The notes: generated by a model from the sequence alone, not told the origin. A DNA stretch of 64,000 nt from Bdellovibrionales bacterium (GCA_965200875.1 OZ241456.1:1536001-1600000), one strand, 5' to 3'. Shown: positions 19,395-29,721, counted from the first letter of the stretch. Numbers and translations are program-made.

Positions 19395-20888
19395 ATGTTT
19401 AAAAAAATATTGATTGCCAATCGGGGAGAAATTGCTGTTCGGGTGATCCGCGCCTGTTCGGAACTGGGAATCAAAACCGTGGCTGTATATTCAGAAGCAG
19501 ACAGAAATAGCCTGCATGTTATGCTGGCCAGCGAAGCCTATCCTATAGGGCCGGCAGAAAGTGCTCTTTCCTACCTCAATATTGATAAAATCATTCAGAC
19601 AGCCTTAAAAGCCAAAGCTGAGGCCCTTCACCCAGGCTATGGTTTTTTAAGCGAAAGTCCCGATTTTGCCAGAGCTTCAGAAAAAGCAGGTATTCATTTT
19701 ATTGGACCTAAAGCAGAAGTGATCCAAAAAATGGGAGATAAAATCCAGGCCAGAAAACTCATGAAATCTTTTGGAGTTCCTATCCCACCAGGAGCGGATC
19801 ATCCCTTAAAAAATGCAGAAGAGGCCAAAGCCATAGCAGAAAAAATAGGTTATCCCGTTATGCTCAAAGCCAGTGCCGGAGGAGGAGGTAAAGGTATCCG
19901 AAGTGTTTATAGCGCAAAAGAAATGTCAAAAGCCTTTAAAGCCTGCCAGCTTGAGGCAAAAAATTTCTTTAAAGATGAAAATGTTTTTATCGAAAAACTC
20001 ATACAAAACCCCAAACACATAGAAGTTCAGGTACTGGCCGATACTCATGGAAACACCTTGCACCTTTTTGAAAGGGAATGTTCTGTCCAACGGAGACACC
20101 AAAAACTCATTGAAGAATCTCCCAGTCCCAATTTGCCAAGAGAAATCAGAAAAAAAATATGTGAATTGACAGTAACTGCCACAAAAAAAATAGGTTATAC
20201 CAATGCTGGCACTTTTGAATTTATTTACGACAGCGAAGAGCAAAAGTTTTACTTCTTGGAAATGAACACTCGACTTCAGGTGGAGCATCCCGTAACAGAG
20301 CTTATCACAGGAGTGGATATCGTGAAGGAGCAAATTTTCATTACCGCAGGCCATGAACTGAAAATAAAACAAAAAGACATTCAGCAAAAAGGCCATGCTA
20401 TTGAACTCAGAATCTGCGCGGAGGATCCTAAAACTTTTCTTCCAAGCCCCGGAAGAATCCGGCGGTGTCGCATCCCTCAAGGGCCTTTCGTACGGGTGGA
20501 TGGCTACTGCTACATGGGATATAAAGTTCCCATTCACTATGATCCCATGCTGGCTAAATTGATATGCTGGGGAAAAGACCGTGAAGATTGCATCAATAAA
20601 CTCCAAAGAGCCTTGGCAGAAATTTCTCTCACAGGTATTAAAACCAATGTGGATCTGCATAAAAATATTTTACTGCACAAACATTTTTTAGATGGCACTT
20701 ACACCAATAACTTTATAGCTGAAGAAATCACCGGAAAAAATCGAAAAGAATTTTCCAGTTTTGTGGATGAAAGAGTTTTTCTTATCGCCTCTGCGATCAC
20801 CGCCTACAGACAAAACAAAAACAAACCAATGATAAATGGTAAAAGTCGGTGGAAAGATAAAGCGCGCCGGGAAAGTTTGAGGTCCTGA
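19395..20888 (+). CDS. accC: Biotin carboxylase
   Basis: KKILIANRGEIA, HPGYGFLSE, ERECSVQRRHQK, EMNTRLQVEHPVTE. Confidence 0.95.
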   Translation: MFKKILIANRGEIAVRVIRACSELGIKTVAVYSEADRNSLHVMLASEAYPIGPAESALSYLNIDKIIQTALKAKAEALHPGYGFLSESPDFARASEKAGIHFIGPKAEVIQKMGDKIQARKLMKSFGVPIPPGADHPLKNAEEAKAIAEKIGYPVMLKASAGGGGKGIRSVYSAKEMSKAFKACQLEAKNFFKDENVFIEKLIQNPKHIEVQVLADTHGNTLHLFERECSVQRRHQKLIEESPSPNLPREIRKKICELTVTATKKIGYTNAGTFEFIYDSEEQKFYFLEMNTRLQVEHPVTELITGVDIVKEQIFITAGHELKIKQKDIQQKGHAIELRICAEDPKTFLPSPGRIRRCRIPQGPFVRVDGYCYMGYKVPIHYDPMLAKLICWGKDREDCINKLQRALAEISLTGIKTNVDLHKNILLHKHFLDGTYTNNFIAEEITGKNRKEFSSFVDERVFLIASAITAYRQNKNKPMINGKSRWKDKARRESLRS

Positions 20889-21427
20889 TGCTTTTTATCA
20901 CCCGGATGGATAACAAACAATATGAAATTGAAGTACAGGAAAATGCCACAGAGTGGCAGGTCTGTTTAACCGAAACAAAAACAGAGAAAAAAGAAATACA
21001 CCGTTTATCCAAAAAGGACTATCAACGAGTGGGAGAGGTGATCAGTTTTATTTTTAATCATCGATCCTATCTGATTGATATAGTTACTGAAGGGGATGAT
21101 TACACAGTTTTCACAAAAGGTTCTCATAAAACCATTCAACTTCTCACAGAAGAAAGAATGCTATACAATGAACTGGCTTTTTCGAACCCGGAAAAAAATG
21201 AAACTCTTATTAAATCAGGAATACCTGGAAAAGTGGTGGAAATACCGGTAAAAACAGGAGATGAAGTCAAAGAAGGGGACTTGCTTTTGGTGATTGAAGC
21301 CATGAAAATGGAAAATGAAATTCGGGCAAGTGGACAGGGAAGAGTTAAAAAAATTTATGTGAAAAGCCGGCAAAATGTGGAAACAGGTGCTCGTCTTCTT
21401 TCCCTTGAAAAAACTAAAGAAGTGTGA
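20888..21427 (+). CDS. Biotin carboxyl carrier protein
   Basis: EAMKMENE biotinylation motif; overlaps accC stop (TGATG). Confidence 0.92.
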   Translation: MLFITRMDNKQYEIEVQENATEWQVCLTETKTEKKEIHRLSKKDYQRVGEVISFIFNHRSYLIDIVTEGDDYTVFTKGSHKTIQLLTEERMLYNELAFSNPEKNETLIKSGIPGKVVEIPVKTGDEVKEGDLLLVIEAMKMENEIRASGQGRVKKIYVKSRQNVETGARLLSLEKTKEV

Positions 21428-21475
21428 ATTTTAGGTGACCGGTATTATATCCGAAGTTTTTTTAATCCCTATTCT

Positions 21476-23068
21476 TCAATCTTCAAAAAGATGAGGGGAA
21501 AAACCTCTGCGCACAGTGTTTTCCGTGATCACTCTTGGGTTCATAAATTGAGTGAGGTAATCCGGTCCGCCAGCTTTGTGGCCCAATCCAGACATTTTAA
21601 ATCCACCAAAGGGGTGTCGTTTTACAATAGCTCCCGTGCAATTTCTGTTGATGTACAGGTTACCCACCTGAAATCTCTTTTTAATTTTTTCAATCCGCTC
21701 GGGACTGCGTGAATAAAAAGCACCAGTAAGAGCAAATTCTGTGTTATTAGCTGTATCAATAGCCTCATCCAAATCTGTAAAAGGAATCAGAACAAGAACA
21801 GGTCCAAATATTTCCTCCTTTAGCAAAGGAGAGTTAGCAGGCACATTGTTAAATATAACCGGACTGATGAAATGTCCCTCTCCGGGAAGAGATTTTTCTT
21901 TTGAAACAACAGAGGCGGTTTTTTTACCATCTTTAATATAGCGGGTGATTTTTTGAAAGGCTTTAATATCCACCACAGGGCCTATACGATTTTCCGGTTT
22001 TTCCGCCGGACCTATCATCATACTTTCCAAAGCGTCAGCCAATCTTTCTGTAAAGGATTTTTCAATGGTTTTTGCCAAAAGCACCCGACTGCAAGCAGAA
22101 CACTTTTGCCCCTGAAAACCAAAAGCGGACTCCAACACTCCAGAAACAGCCATATCTAAATCAGCACTTTCATCCACAATGATAGCGTTTTTCCCACCCA
22201 TTTCTACAACACATTTCTTGAGTTTGTTTCGTCTGCTGGAAACCTGGTTGGCTTTTTCCAAAATGGCACACCCCACTTCTTTGGATCCGGTGAAAGCAAT
22301 CATTTCCGTTTCTTCCTGCTTTACTAGGTAAGCTCCTGTTTCCTCTCCTGTTCCTGGCAAAAACTGTGCAACCCCTAAAGGCAATCCGCATTCCATTAAA
22401 AGCTTTATTAACTCGTATGCGACAGCAGAACTTTGCTCCGCAGGTTTTATGAGGGTTGTGTTTCCTGTTACAAGACTGGCCACTACCATACCGGTTAAAA
22501 TCGCCAAGGGGAAATTCCAAGGAGCGATAACTAAAGAAAGTCCTCGTGCTTGATAGGAATAAAAACTTTCTTCTCCCAGTATGGAATCAGTGAGCTGTGG
22601 TTTTTCCCGTTTAAGCATTTCTTCCGCATAGTATCGGCAAAAATCAATGGCTTCACAAACATCGGCATCCGCGGATGGCCAGTTTTTTCCTACTTCCAAA
22701 GTTTGTAAAGCAGACAGGCTATAGCGGTGATCTTCCATTTTGTCAGCCAGAGAAGTGAGGAGATGGCATCTTTTTTCAACAGGCGTTTGGTTCCAGAGAG
22801 GAAATTGTTTTAGCGCGCCGGCAATAGCTTGATCACAGGCTGTTTTGTCCGCTTGGGATACAACAGCCACTGTCTTTGAAGGATAAGAAGGATTTTCTCT
22901 TTTAAAAGTTTTGGAGCTTGTAATTTGTTTATTATCAATAACAAGTGGCACACTCAAAGGCAATTTGGTTTGCCATTTCTCAATGGCTTTTTGAAACTTC
23001 CAGCGGTTATCAGAAATGGAAAAATCCAAAGGAGCAGTGTTTTTAAAGGATGGCTTAAAAGGTTTCAT
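21476..23068 (-). CDS. Glutamate-5-semialdehyde / P5C dehydrogenase (C-terminal half of a PutA)
   Basis: EAIDFCRYY, PWNFPLAI, FTGS, EMGGKN, GQKCSA, EEIFGP; PutA-type tail ENTVRRGF. Confidence 0.93.
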   Translation of the reverse strand: MKPFKPSFKNTAPLDFSISDNRWKFQKAIEKWQTKLPLSVPLVIDNKQITSSKTFKRENPSYPSKTVAVVSQADKTACDQAIAGALKQFPLWNQTPVEKRCHLLTSLADKMEDHRYSLSALQTLEVGKNWPSADADVCEAIDFCRYYAEEMLKREKPQLTDSILGEESFYSYQARGLSLVIAPWNFPLAILTGMVVASLVTGNTTLIKPAEQSSAVAYELIKLLMECGLPLGVAQFLPGTGEETGAYLVKQEETEMIAFTGSKEVGCAILEKANQVSSRRNKLKKCVVEMGGKNAIIVDESADLDMAVSGVLESAFGFQGQKCSACSRVLLAKTIEKSFTERLADALESMMIGPAEKPENRIGPVVDIKAFQKITRYIKDGKKTASVVSKEKSLPGEGHFISPVIFNNVPANSPLLKEEIFGPVLVLIPFTDLDEAIDTANNTEFALTGAFYSRSPERIEKIKKRFQVGNLYINRNCTGAIVKRHPFGGFKMSGLGHKAGGPDYLTQFMNPRVITENTVRRGFSPHLFED

Positions 23069-23254
23069 TATAATCAGTGACTATTCAGTCGAGCGGGAAA
23101 AAGTTTTTAAAACATTGTTATTATTTGATTTTTTTATAAAAGATTCAAAAAATAATGGCAAGGAAAACTATTAAAAACCTTTTTTTCATAAAATACTTGC
23201 CAAAATATATTTTAAGGTTATTATGGATGCCACTGGAAAAAGGAGTATTGAAAT

Positions 23255-23506
23255 ATGGTGGTTATTCGCCTTTCTCGTTATGGCATGAAACACAAGCCGA
23301 GGTATCGCGTGACAGTTGCAGATTCTCGCCGTAGTGCTACAGGGCGTTTTATTGAAATAATAGGCCAATACAATGTTTTTGAGAAAGATAAAAAAAAAGC
23401 TTTGCAAGTGGATATTGAAAAATATAAAAAATGGGTGGCAAAGGGTGCTCAACCCAGCAAAACATTGCGTTCTTTGGTAAAAAAAGTGTATGAATACGAA
23501 AACTGA
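23255..23506 (+). CDS. rpsP: 30S ribosomal protein S16
   Basis: MVVIRLSR.G.K..P.YR..VADSR, GAQPS; AGGAG SD. Confidence 0.97.
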   Translation: MVVIRLSRYGMKHKPRYRVTVADSRRSATGRFIEIIGQYNVFEKDKKKALQVDIEKYKKWVAKGAQPSKTLRSLVKKVYEYEN

Positions 23507-23535
23507 TAATTAACTATATAATGTGAGGTGTGAAT

Positions 23536-23787
23536 ATGGAAACAACAATTGTTGAGATTATTGAAATGCTGATTAAAGCTTTGGTGGATGAACCGGATCA
23601 GGTTCGAGTAACAGAAAGTAAAGGTGAAAAAACCACTGTTTTCGAAGCCAGCGTATCCAAAAAAGATATGGGTAAAGTGATTGGCCGAAATGGCAGAACT
23701 ATTGAGTCCTTAAGAACTATTGTGGGTGCTTGTGGGGCTAAAAGAAAACAAAGATGTATTTTTCAGATCATTGATGAAGAAAACTAA
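23536..23787 (+). CDS. khpA: KH-domain RNA-binding protein
   Basis: LVDEPD, DMGKVIGRNGRT; located between rpsP and rimM. Confidence 0.9.
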   Translation: METTIVEIIEMLIKALVDEPDQVRVTESKGEKTTVFEASVSKKDMGKVIGRNGRTIESLRTIVGACGAKRKQRCIFQIIDEEN

Positions 23788-23850
23788 AAATGAGAGTCCC
23801 TCCAAGCGGTTACTGTTCCCGCTCCTGCCTTCGTGAGGACAGGTTGAAGG

Positions 23851-24456
23851 ATGTATTATCCAGCATTTTTCTTACCAGAGGAGTATAATTCCATTGTCAA
23901 TAAAAGTGAATCTGACTTTCTGGAAGTGGGTAAAGTCACCCACGCACACGGGATAAAAGGAGAAGTTTTTATCTCTCTTTTTTCTGGTTTTCCTTTAAAT
24001 TCATCTGTAAATATAGTGGACCAAGTGGTGCAGTTCAGGAGAAGCACTGAACTATGTCTTGAAACAACAGTGCAGGAGGCGCGTTCGCATAAGAAAGGGA
24101 TAATAGCTCGTTTAAAAGGCGTGGAGGAAAGACAGAAAGCAGAGACTTTAAAAGGAGCTTGTTTTTTTGTGCCAAAGAAGATTTTTTCCTCTTTAAGTGG
24201 AGAAAATATATATCTTTGCGAAATATTAAACTTTGAGGTTTATGATAAAAAGCATGGCACTTTAGGAAAAATATCCTCTTTTTCTGATAATGGAGCACAG
24301 GATTTATTGATCGTGCAGAGTAAAAAAGGAAATCTTCAACAGGTTTCCCGGTTGGTGGAAATTCCCTTCATTAAAGAATTTATTGTTGATATTGATTTTG
24401 AATCAAAGAGGATATGTGTAGATCTGCATGAAAACTGGCCAGGGCTGGAATATTAA
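23851..24456 (+). CDS. rimM: Ribosome maturation factor RimM (start uncertain)
   Basis: VGKV..AHGIKGEV, GAQDLL, IPF. Confidence 0.92.
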   Translation: MYYPAFFLPEEYNSIVNKSESDFLEVGKVTHAHGIKGEVFISLFSGFPLNSSVNIVDQVVQFRRSTELCLETTVQEARSHKKGIIARLKGVEERQKAETLKGACFFVPKKIFSSLSGENIYLCEILNFEVYDKKHGTLGKISSFSDNGAQDLLIVQSKKGNLQQVSRLVEIPFIKEFIVDIDFESKRICVDLHENWPGLEY

Positions 24457-24475
24457 AAAAACAGGTATAAATTTG

Positions 24476-25231
24476 ATGCAAAAAGATCAGAGTTTTTTAC
24501 TGTGTGCCAACTGGAAAATGAATAAAGATCCGGATTCAGTACGACAGTATATTCGTCAAATAAGAAAAATGGTGTCTGTACAAGAGCAAAAAAACTTTGT
24601 TTTTTTTGCTCCTGCTTTTACTCTTTCTGTTTTGGCGGAAGAATTGGCAGATTCCGCTTTTGGATATGGAGCGCAAAATTGTCACTTTGAAGATAAAGGA
24701 GCTTTTACAGGAGAAAACTCTCCCTTGGTTTTAGCACAAATGGGGGCGACCCATTGTCTTGTGGGCCATAGTGAAAGAAGACAATTTTTTTTTGAAAGTG
24801 AAAAGGTTATTCATAAAAAAGTATCAGCCATTTTGAAAAATTCCCTTCAACCAGTAATCTGTGTCGGAGAAACAGCAGAAGAACGTAAAAACGGAAAATC
24901 ATTTAATGTGATTGAAAGGCAATTATCTGATATTTTAAAGAATGTGAAGTTTTCAAATTATATCTTTATCGCTTATGAACCAGTTTGGGCTATTGGAAGC
25001 GGGAAATCAGCGCGGACTGAACAAATTGCTGATATGCAAACACATATTCGAAAGCTTTGTGATTCATCAGGGCAAAAAACAAGATTTTTATATGGAGGCA
25101 GTGTCAATCAGGAGAATATGAAAGAACTTTTACAAATACCCGGATTGGATGGCTTTTTAGTAGGAGGTGCTTCTTTAGATCCAAAAACTTTTTTTAACTT
25201 ATCACTGTTTAAGGTTAAAAATGGAATTTAA
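24476..25231 (+). CDS. tpiA: Triosephosphate isomerase
   Basis: NWKMN, GAFTGE, GHSERR, AYEPVWAIG, YGGSV, LVGGASL. Confidence 0.96.
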   Translation: MQKDQSFLLCANWKMNKDPDSVRQYIRQIRKMVSVQEQKNFVFFAPAFTLSVLAEELADSAFGYGAQNCHFEDKGAFTGENSPLVLAQMGATHCLVGHSERRQFFFESEKVIHKKVSAILKNSLQPVICVGETAEERKNGKSFNVIERQLSDILKNVKFSNYIFIAYEPVWAIGSGKSARTEQIADMQTHIRKLCDSSGQKTRFLYGGSVNQENMKELLQIPGLDGFLVGGASLDPKTFFNLSLFKVKNGI

Positions 25232-27134
25232 TAATATTCTTCCCCAAAAAACACTTTTTATCGTATTTACCATCATCATTTGTTATTTTCTGTTTATCAC
25301 TTGCGTGGGGCTTTATTTTTCCCGCTTCAGCTCCAATATCAATGATTTTTTCTTCAGTGGTCAAAGATTTTCTTGGTGGCTTCCCGCATTCAGTATGGTA
25401 GCCACGGGAATCGGCTCTTACAGTTATTTAAAGTACTCCCAGCAGGGTTTTAATACCGGTATGAGTAGCACAATGGTGTACATGAATGAGTGGATAGCAC
25501 TACCCATATTTGTTTTTGCTTGGCTTCCGGTGTTATATTACAATCGCATTAAATCTGTCCCGGAATATTTTGAAAAAAGATTCAACCGCACAGCCCGGTA
25601 TGTGGCAGTGGTCCTAATTTTATCCTATATTTTTTACTATATTGGTTACAATCTTTATACGATCGGCCTAGCTTTACATGGCTTGTTTGGTTTTCCTCCC
25701 ATTTACACAGTTCCCTTGGTTACTTTTATTCTGGGTTTTTATGTCACCTTTGGAGGGCAAACAGCAGTTATTTTGACAGATTTGTTTCAAGGTTTGATGC
25801 TTTACCTGACAGGGTTTTTGGTGATGGGTTTTGGCATTTATGCTCTAGGGGGTATAGGAGAGTTTTGGACTCACCTACCTTTAAGTCACCGCCTTCCTTT
25901 TGCCTCCATGAATGCAAATCCTCATTTTAATTCTGTGGGAGTATTTTGGGGAGACGCTTTAGTGGGAAGTGCAGCTTTTTTATTTATGCACCAAGGAATA
26001 TTAATGCGATTTCTGGCCACCAGAAGTATCAAACAGGCCCGCATGACTGCCTTGTTTAATATTCTTGTCTGTTTACCTCTTTCTGCTATTACCGTGGGAG
26101 GGGCTGGCTGGATTGCCAAAGCCATTATTACAAAGCAGGAAAAAATTGGTTCTGCTTTGCCAGGCCATGAAGTTTTAAATGTCAACGAAACTTATAATAT
26201 TTTTATCAATGTGGCTTTTGAAGTTTTAAAACAATATGAAATACTTTTGGGTTTGGTAATAGCGGCTTTACTCGCGGCTCTTATGTCTACAGTAGATACC
26301 CTTATCAACGCATCTGCAGCTATAGGAGTATATGATATTTACAAGCCCTTGGTGCGTCCCAAGGAAAGTGAAAAACACTACCTTAAAGTGGCACGTCTAG
26401 CTTCAATTTTTGTAATTGGTATCAGTTTACTGCTGGTGATTTGGTTTTTTCGCCAAGAGGGAACTTTAATGTCCATTCACTACAAAGGAATTATGACTAT
26501 TATCCCGCCCGTGGTAACTACAATTTTTATAGCTTTGTTTTGGCCCCGCTTTAATGCTTTTTCAGCTATTTTAGCAATGCTTGTCGGTGGAACAGCCACA
26601 GTTTTGACAGGAATATTCCCGGAACCCGTTATACACTTAAGAGAGTTTTTTCTGGGTGCCAAATCAGGGGACCCTATTTATTTCCGTGCGGTTTTTGGAG
26701 TGATTTTAACAACTGTTATTGGTGTGATCACTTGTTTGCTCAGCTCTTCATCCAATGACACCAAAAGCTTAAACCGAATAAGCGGTTTAACAGCGAATAC
26801 ACTGGACAAAGCTATGTATTTTTTTAAAGGAGGAAAACCCAACTTAAAACAAGGCAAAAAAGCAAAAAAACTTACACTGTCTTCGAACATCCAGCTGAAT
26901 AAGGGAGAAATTCTTATTTCCAAAAAGGTCTCTGATATTTTAAAGGCTGACTTAGGAGATAGAATATATGTGTCTGATAATCGTTGGTGGTTGGGTGGCA
27001 TCCGATCCGGACATTTTGTTTTAAAGGGCTTGCATAGCAATAAAAATGAGGACTTGGTTTTTATTTCTGAGGAAAGTGTGAAGAGGGCTTATATGATCCC
27101 TGAGAAAAAAGTATTCCTAGAAAAAATTATCTGA
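25221..27134 (+). CDS. Sodium:solute symporter with C-terminal soluble extension
   Basis: Multi-TM; EYFEKRF, GGQTAVILTDLFQ, AALMSTVD. Confidence 0.9.
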   Translation: MEFNNILPQKTLFIVFTIIICYFLFITCVGLYFSRFSSNINDFFFSGQRFSWWLPAFSMVATGIGSYSYLKYSQQGFNTGMSSTMVYMNEWIALPIFVFAWLPVLYYNRIKSVPEYFEKRFNRTARYVAVVLILSYIFYYIGYNLYTIGLALHGLFGFPPIYTVPLVTFILGFYVTFGGQTAVILTDLFQGLMLYLTGFLVMGFGIYALGGIGEFWTHLPLSHRLPFASMNANPHFNSVGVFWGDALVGSAAFLFMHQGILMRFLATRSIKQARMTALFNILVCLPLSAITVGGAGWIAKAIITKQEKIGSALPGHEVLNVNETYNIFINVAFEVLKQYEILLGLVIAALLAALMSTVDTLINASAAIGVYDIYKPLVRPKESEKHYLKVARLASIFVIGISLLLVIWFFRQEGTLMSIHYKGIMTIIPPVVTTIFIALFWPRFNAFSAILAMLVGGTATVLTGIFPEPVIHLREFFLGAKSGDPIYFRAVFGVILTTVIGVITCLLSSSSNDTKSLNRISGLTANTLDKAMYFFKGGKPNLKQGKKAKKLTLSSNIQLNKGEILISKKVSDILKADLGDRIYVSDNRWWLGGIRSGHFVLKGLHSNKNEDLVFISEESVKRAYMIPEKKVFLEKII

Positions 27135-27170
27135 AACACATCTCTCCCTTGAAATCCACTTGGCAAATTT

Positions 27171-28064
27171 TTATTTTTTGCCTTTATTTTTACCTTTATA
27201 ATATTTGGCGTTTATCTGCTGAGCCAAATCCGGCAAATCCATAAAATGATCTCCTTTTCTTACATTGAAAGGCCGATCTTCTCCATCACATAATAAAACT
27301 TCTTTGATATATTTCTTAAAAGCATAAACAGGACCATAAATTTTATTGGAAAGATATATGGTAAAGCCCAACACAATAAGCAAAAAACACATAGACAAAA
27401 TAAAAAATAATAATAAAAATATTGTTATGATATTACTTTGCAAGACAGGCGAAATTTCCACAAAACGATTGATAACTATTTTAATAAAAGAAACGGAAAA
27501 TATACAATATGCGAACGCAAACAGAAAATAAGGAAACAACACTTGATAACAAAATGTATATTGTTCCTTTTCTATGAACATTTTTCGTCTGAGGTTATGT
27601 TTTTGAATAATCAGGGAACGATCTTTCACAGCAAAGAACAGGGTCATTATAACACCAACAAATATTAATACATCCGACAAATTAAAATATATCTTAAAAA
27701 AAGTCATCCAATCCAACACACCCCCTCGAAACATAATATCCAAACTTTCTCCCATCATCCCGGCAACAAAAAGTGTCACACCTATCCTCAAACCCATCAA
27801 CCTTTGAACCAATATCAAGTTCAAAACAAAAAGTAATAATAGAAAAAATACAGAAAAGCCAAAAGGAGAAATGGCTGATATATACCCCAAGATATTTAAT
27901 TGATCCATTAATACAAATGGAGTTTCCTGCACGGTAAAACCAAGAGGCCCTATTTTAACAGGATTATTTTTCAAGGCCACTTCTGCAAGCTCTTTGAGAA
28001 CCTGATCGAACACGACAGCCAAAACGAGTATACCGGCAATAATAATCCAATCTTTTTTCTTCAC
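27171..28064 (-). CDS. Signal peptidase II-like domain fused to a 2-TM/HAMP-like module
   Basis: DQVLK, G.VLDW, FNLSD (LspA-like); C-terminal SNKIYGPVY..R.GD.F..L. Confidence 0.65.
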   Translation of the reverse strand: MKKKDWIIIAGILVLAVVFDQVLKELAEVALKNNPVKIGPLGFTVQETPFVLMDQLNILGYISAISPFGFSVFFLLLLFVLNLILVQRLMGLRIGVTLFVAGMMGESLDIMFRGGVLDWMTFFKIYFNLSDVLIFVGVIMTLFFAVKDRSLIIQKHNLRRKMFIEKEQYTFCYQVLFPYFLFAFAYCIFSVSFIKIVINRFVEISPVLQSNIITIFLLLFFILSMCFLLIVLGFTIYLSNKIYGPVYAFKKYIKEVLLCDGEDRPFNVRKGDHFMDLPDLAQQINAKYYKGKNKGKK

Positions 28065-28077
28065 TATACCAGCTCTT

Positions 28078-29721
28078 TCATTGATTTAAGTTTAACGGTA
28101 TTTCCTTTTCCACTTTCATTAAAAATCGAAAATCACCATTATCACTTAAATAGTAGTTTAAAATATCTTTCTTTACAACTGTTATCTGATCTTCATGCCA
28201 TAAGGGAATAAAAGCCAAATCATCATGGATGATTTTTTGCACCTGACTGTAAATGGCCTGTCTTTTTTCCCGATTCATCTCGGTTATTCCCTGATCTAGG
28301 AGCTTATCGAGAAGTTTATTTTCATAAAACCCTCTGTTTCTTCCCTTTGGAGGATGTTCTCTTGAATGAAAGGCTACACGATAAATATCCGGATCTGTCG
28401 CTCCCACCCATTTCAGCAAAGCGAATTGAAATCTGCCCGCGTTTAAATCTCCGTAAAAAGTACCCCATTCAAAACTCTCTATTTTCACTTTAAAACCCGC
28501 TTTTCTTAATTGCAAAGACAATATCCGTCCATGATCCACTGCTGATCGGGCACTGGAGGTTTTAAACGAAAAAGTTTTCTGACGACAGGAAAGAGGCAGG
28601 CGATGAAAAATATCTCTCGCTTTTTCAAGATTATAAGCGGAATTTTTAATATAAGGATTTAAAAAATAGTTATGAGGACCCAATATTGTGGTGGCTGGAT
28701 GGGCAAAAGTTCTTAATTTATGCTGTATAATTTTTAAACGATCTATGGAAGCTACTATAGCTTGACGTGTTTCCTTTTTTCTTAAACATTCATCCTGAAA
28801 ATTAATCAGTAAATAGGTCATGGAAAGACCGGGACGACGAAAAATCTGAAATTGATCTTTTTTCTTTTCAAAATAGCTTATTTTCTGAAAACTTATTTCT
28901 GATTGAGCAATATCAATTTCTCCATTTAACATTTTCTGGAAACGGGTAAAATCATCCCGTATAATTTTAAAAATAACCCGGTTTATTTTTGGAGCTGGCC
29001 TTGCAGAAGGACGCGCTTTCAAAACCAGATGACTGGAACTGTTGCTTTCCAGCTGAAAAGGACCTGTGCCAAAAGGTGCTTTTTGAAAGCCTGAATCATC
29101 TGATAATATCTCCTGTTTGGGAAGAATTTTCAAAACAGGCAAATCTGAACTCAGAAATTTGGCGGATTCTTTCTTTAACTTAACTTTTAGTATGAACTGT
29201 CTCTTTTTCTCCTCCACATTTACAGACTCAATAATTTGAAATGCGGAGGAAAACGGACTTTTTTCTGAACGATATTCCTCAAAACTAAAGAGTAAATCTT
29301 CTTTAGTAATCTTTCTTTCATTGGAGAATTTTAAATCCTTATCTATATGAAAACTGTAAATTTTATCTTTATAACTCCAACTCTGAGCGGCAGACGGCAG
29401 TGTTTTTAAATGCGGGCCACGGTATACAAGGGAGTGAAACAGCAGATCCCCTATTCGCATACCATTAGCATCCGTGGCCTTACGGGGATCCAAAGAGCGC
29501 GGTTCAGAACCCAGAGCCAACACTATATTTTGGCTGACCTTTTCTTGAGCGTTAGATGATCCATCTTCCTTGATGGAATGAAGTGGCTTTGCGCCAGATT
29601 GCGCCATGTTAAATTGTTTTGAAGAGGATTTTCCGAAATAAAAAAAAGCCAAACCAATGAAAGTCAATACTCCCAAAGCACTTGATATAAAAACCAGGCG
29701 GTTTTTTCGCCAATTATTCAT
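28078..29721 (-). CDS. ABC transporter substrate-binding protein, family 5 (peptide/nickel)
   Basis: PRSLDP, PFGTGPF, GEID, RQAI, R.AIY..VQ..I..D..FIPL. Confidence 0.88.
   Translation of the reverse strand: MNNWRKNRLVFISSALGVLTFIGLAFFYFGKSSSKQFNMAQSGAKPLHSIKEDGSSNAQEKVSQNIVLALGSEPRSLDPRKATDANGMRIGDLLFHSLVYRGPHLKTLPSAAQSWSYKDKIYSFHIDKDLKFSNERKITKEDLLFSFEEYRSEKSPFSSAFQIIESVNVEEKKRQFILKVKLKKESAKFLSSDLPVLKILPKQEILSDDSGFQKAPFGTGPFQLESNSSSHLVLKARPSARPAPKINRVIFKIIRDDFTRFQKMLNGEIDIAQSEISFQKISYFEKKKDQFQIFRRPGLSMTYLLINFQDECLRKKETRQAIVASIDRLKIIQHKLRTFAHPATTILGPHNYFLNPYIKNSAYNLEKARDIFHRLPLSCRQKTFSFKTSSARSAVDHGRILSLQLRKAGFKVKIESFEWGTFYGDLNAGRFQFALLKWVGATDPDIYRVAFHSREHPPKGRNRGFYENKLLDKLLDQGITEMNREKRQAIYSQVQKIIHDDLAFIPLWHEDQITVVKKDILNYYLSDNGDFRFLMKVEKEIPLNLNQ

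Noticed and set aside
19926..20660. 244-aa antisense ORF and similar shadow ORFs (e.g. 9934-10458, 11736-12260, 46580-47017)
   Set aside because: They lie antisense or out of frame over conserved genes and show no motifs.
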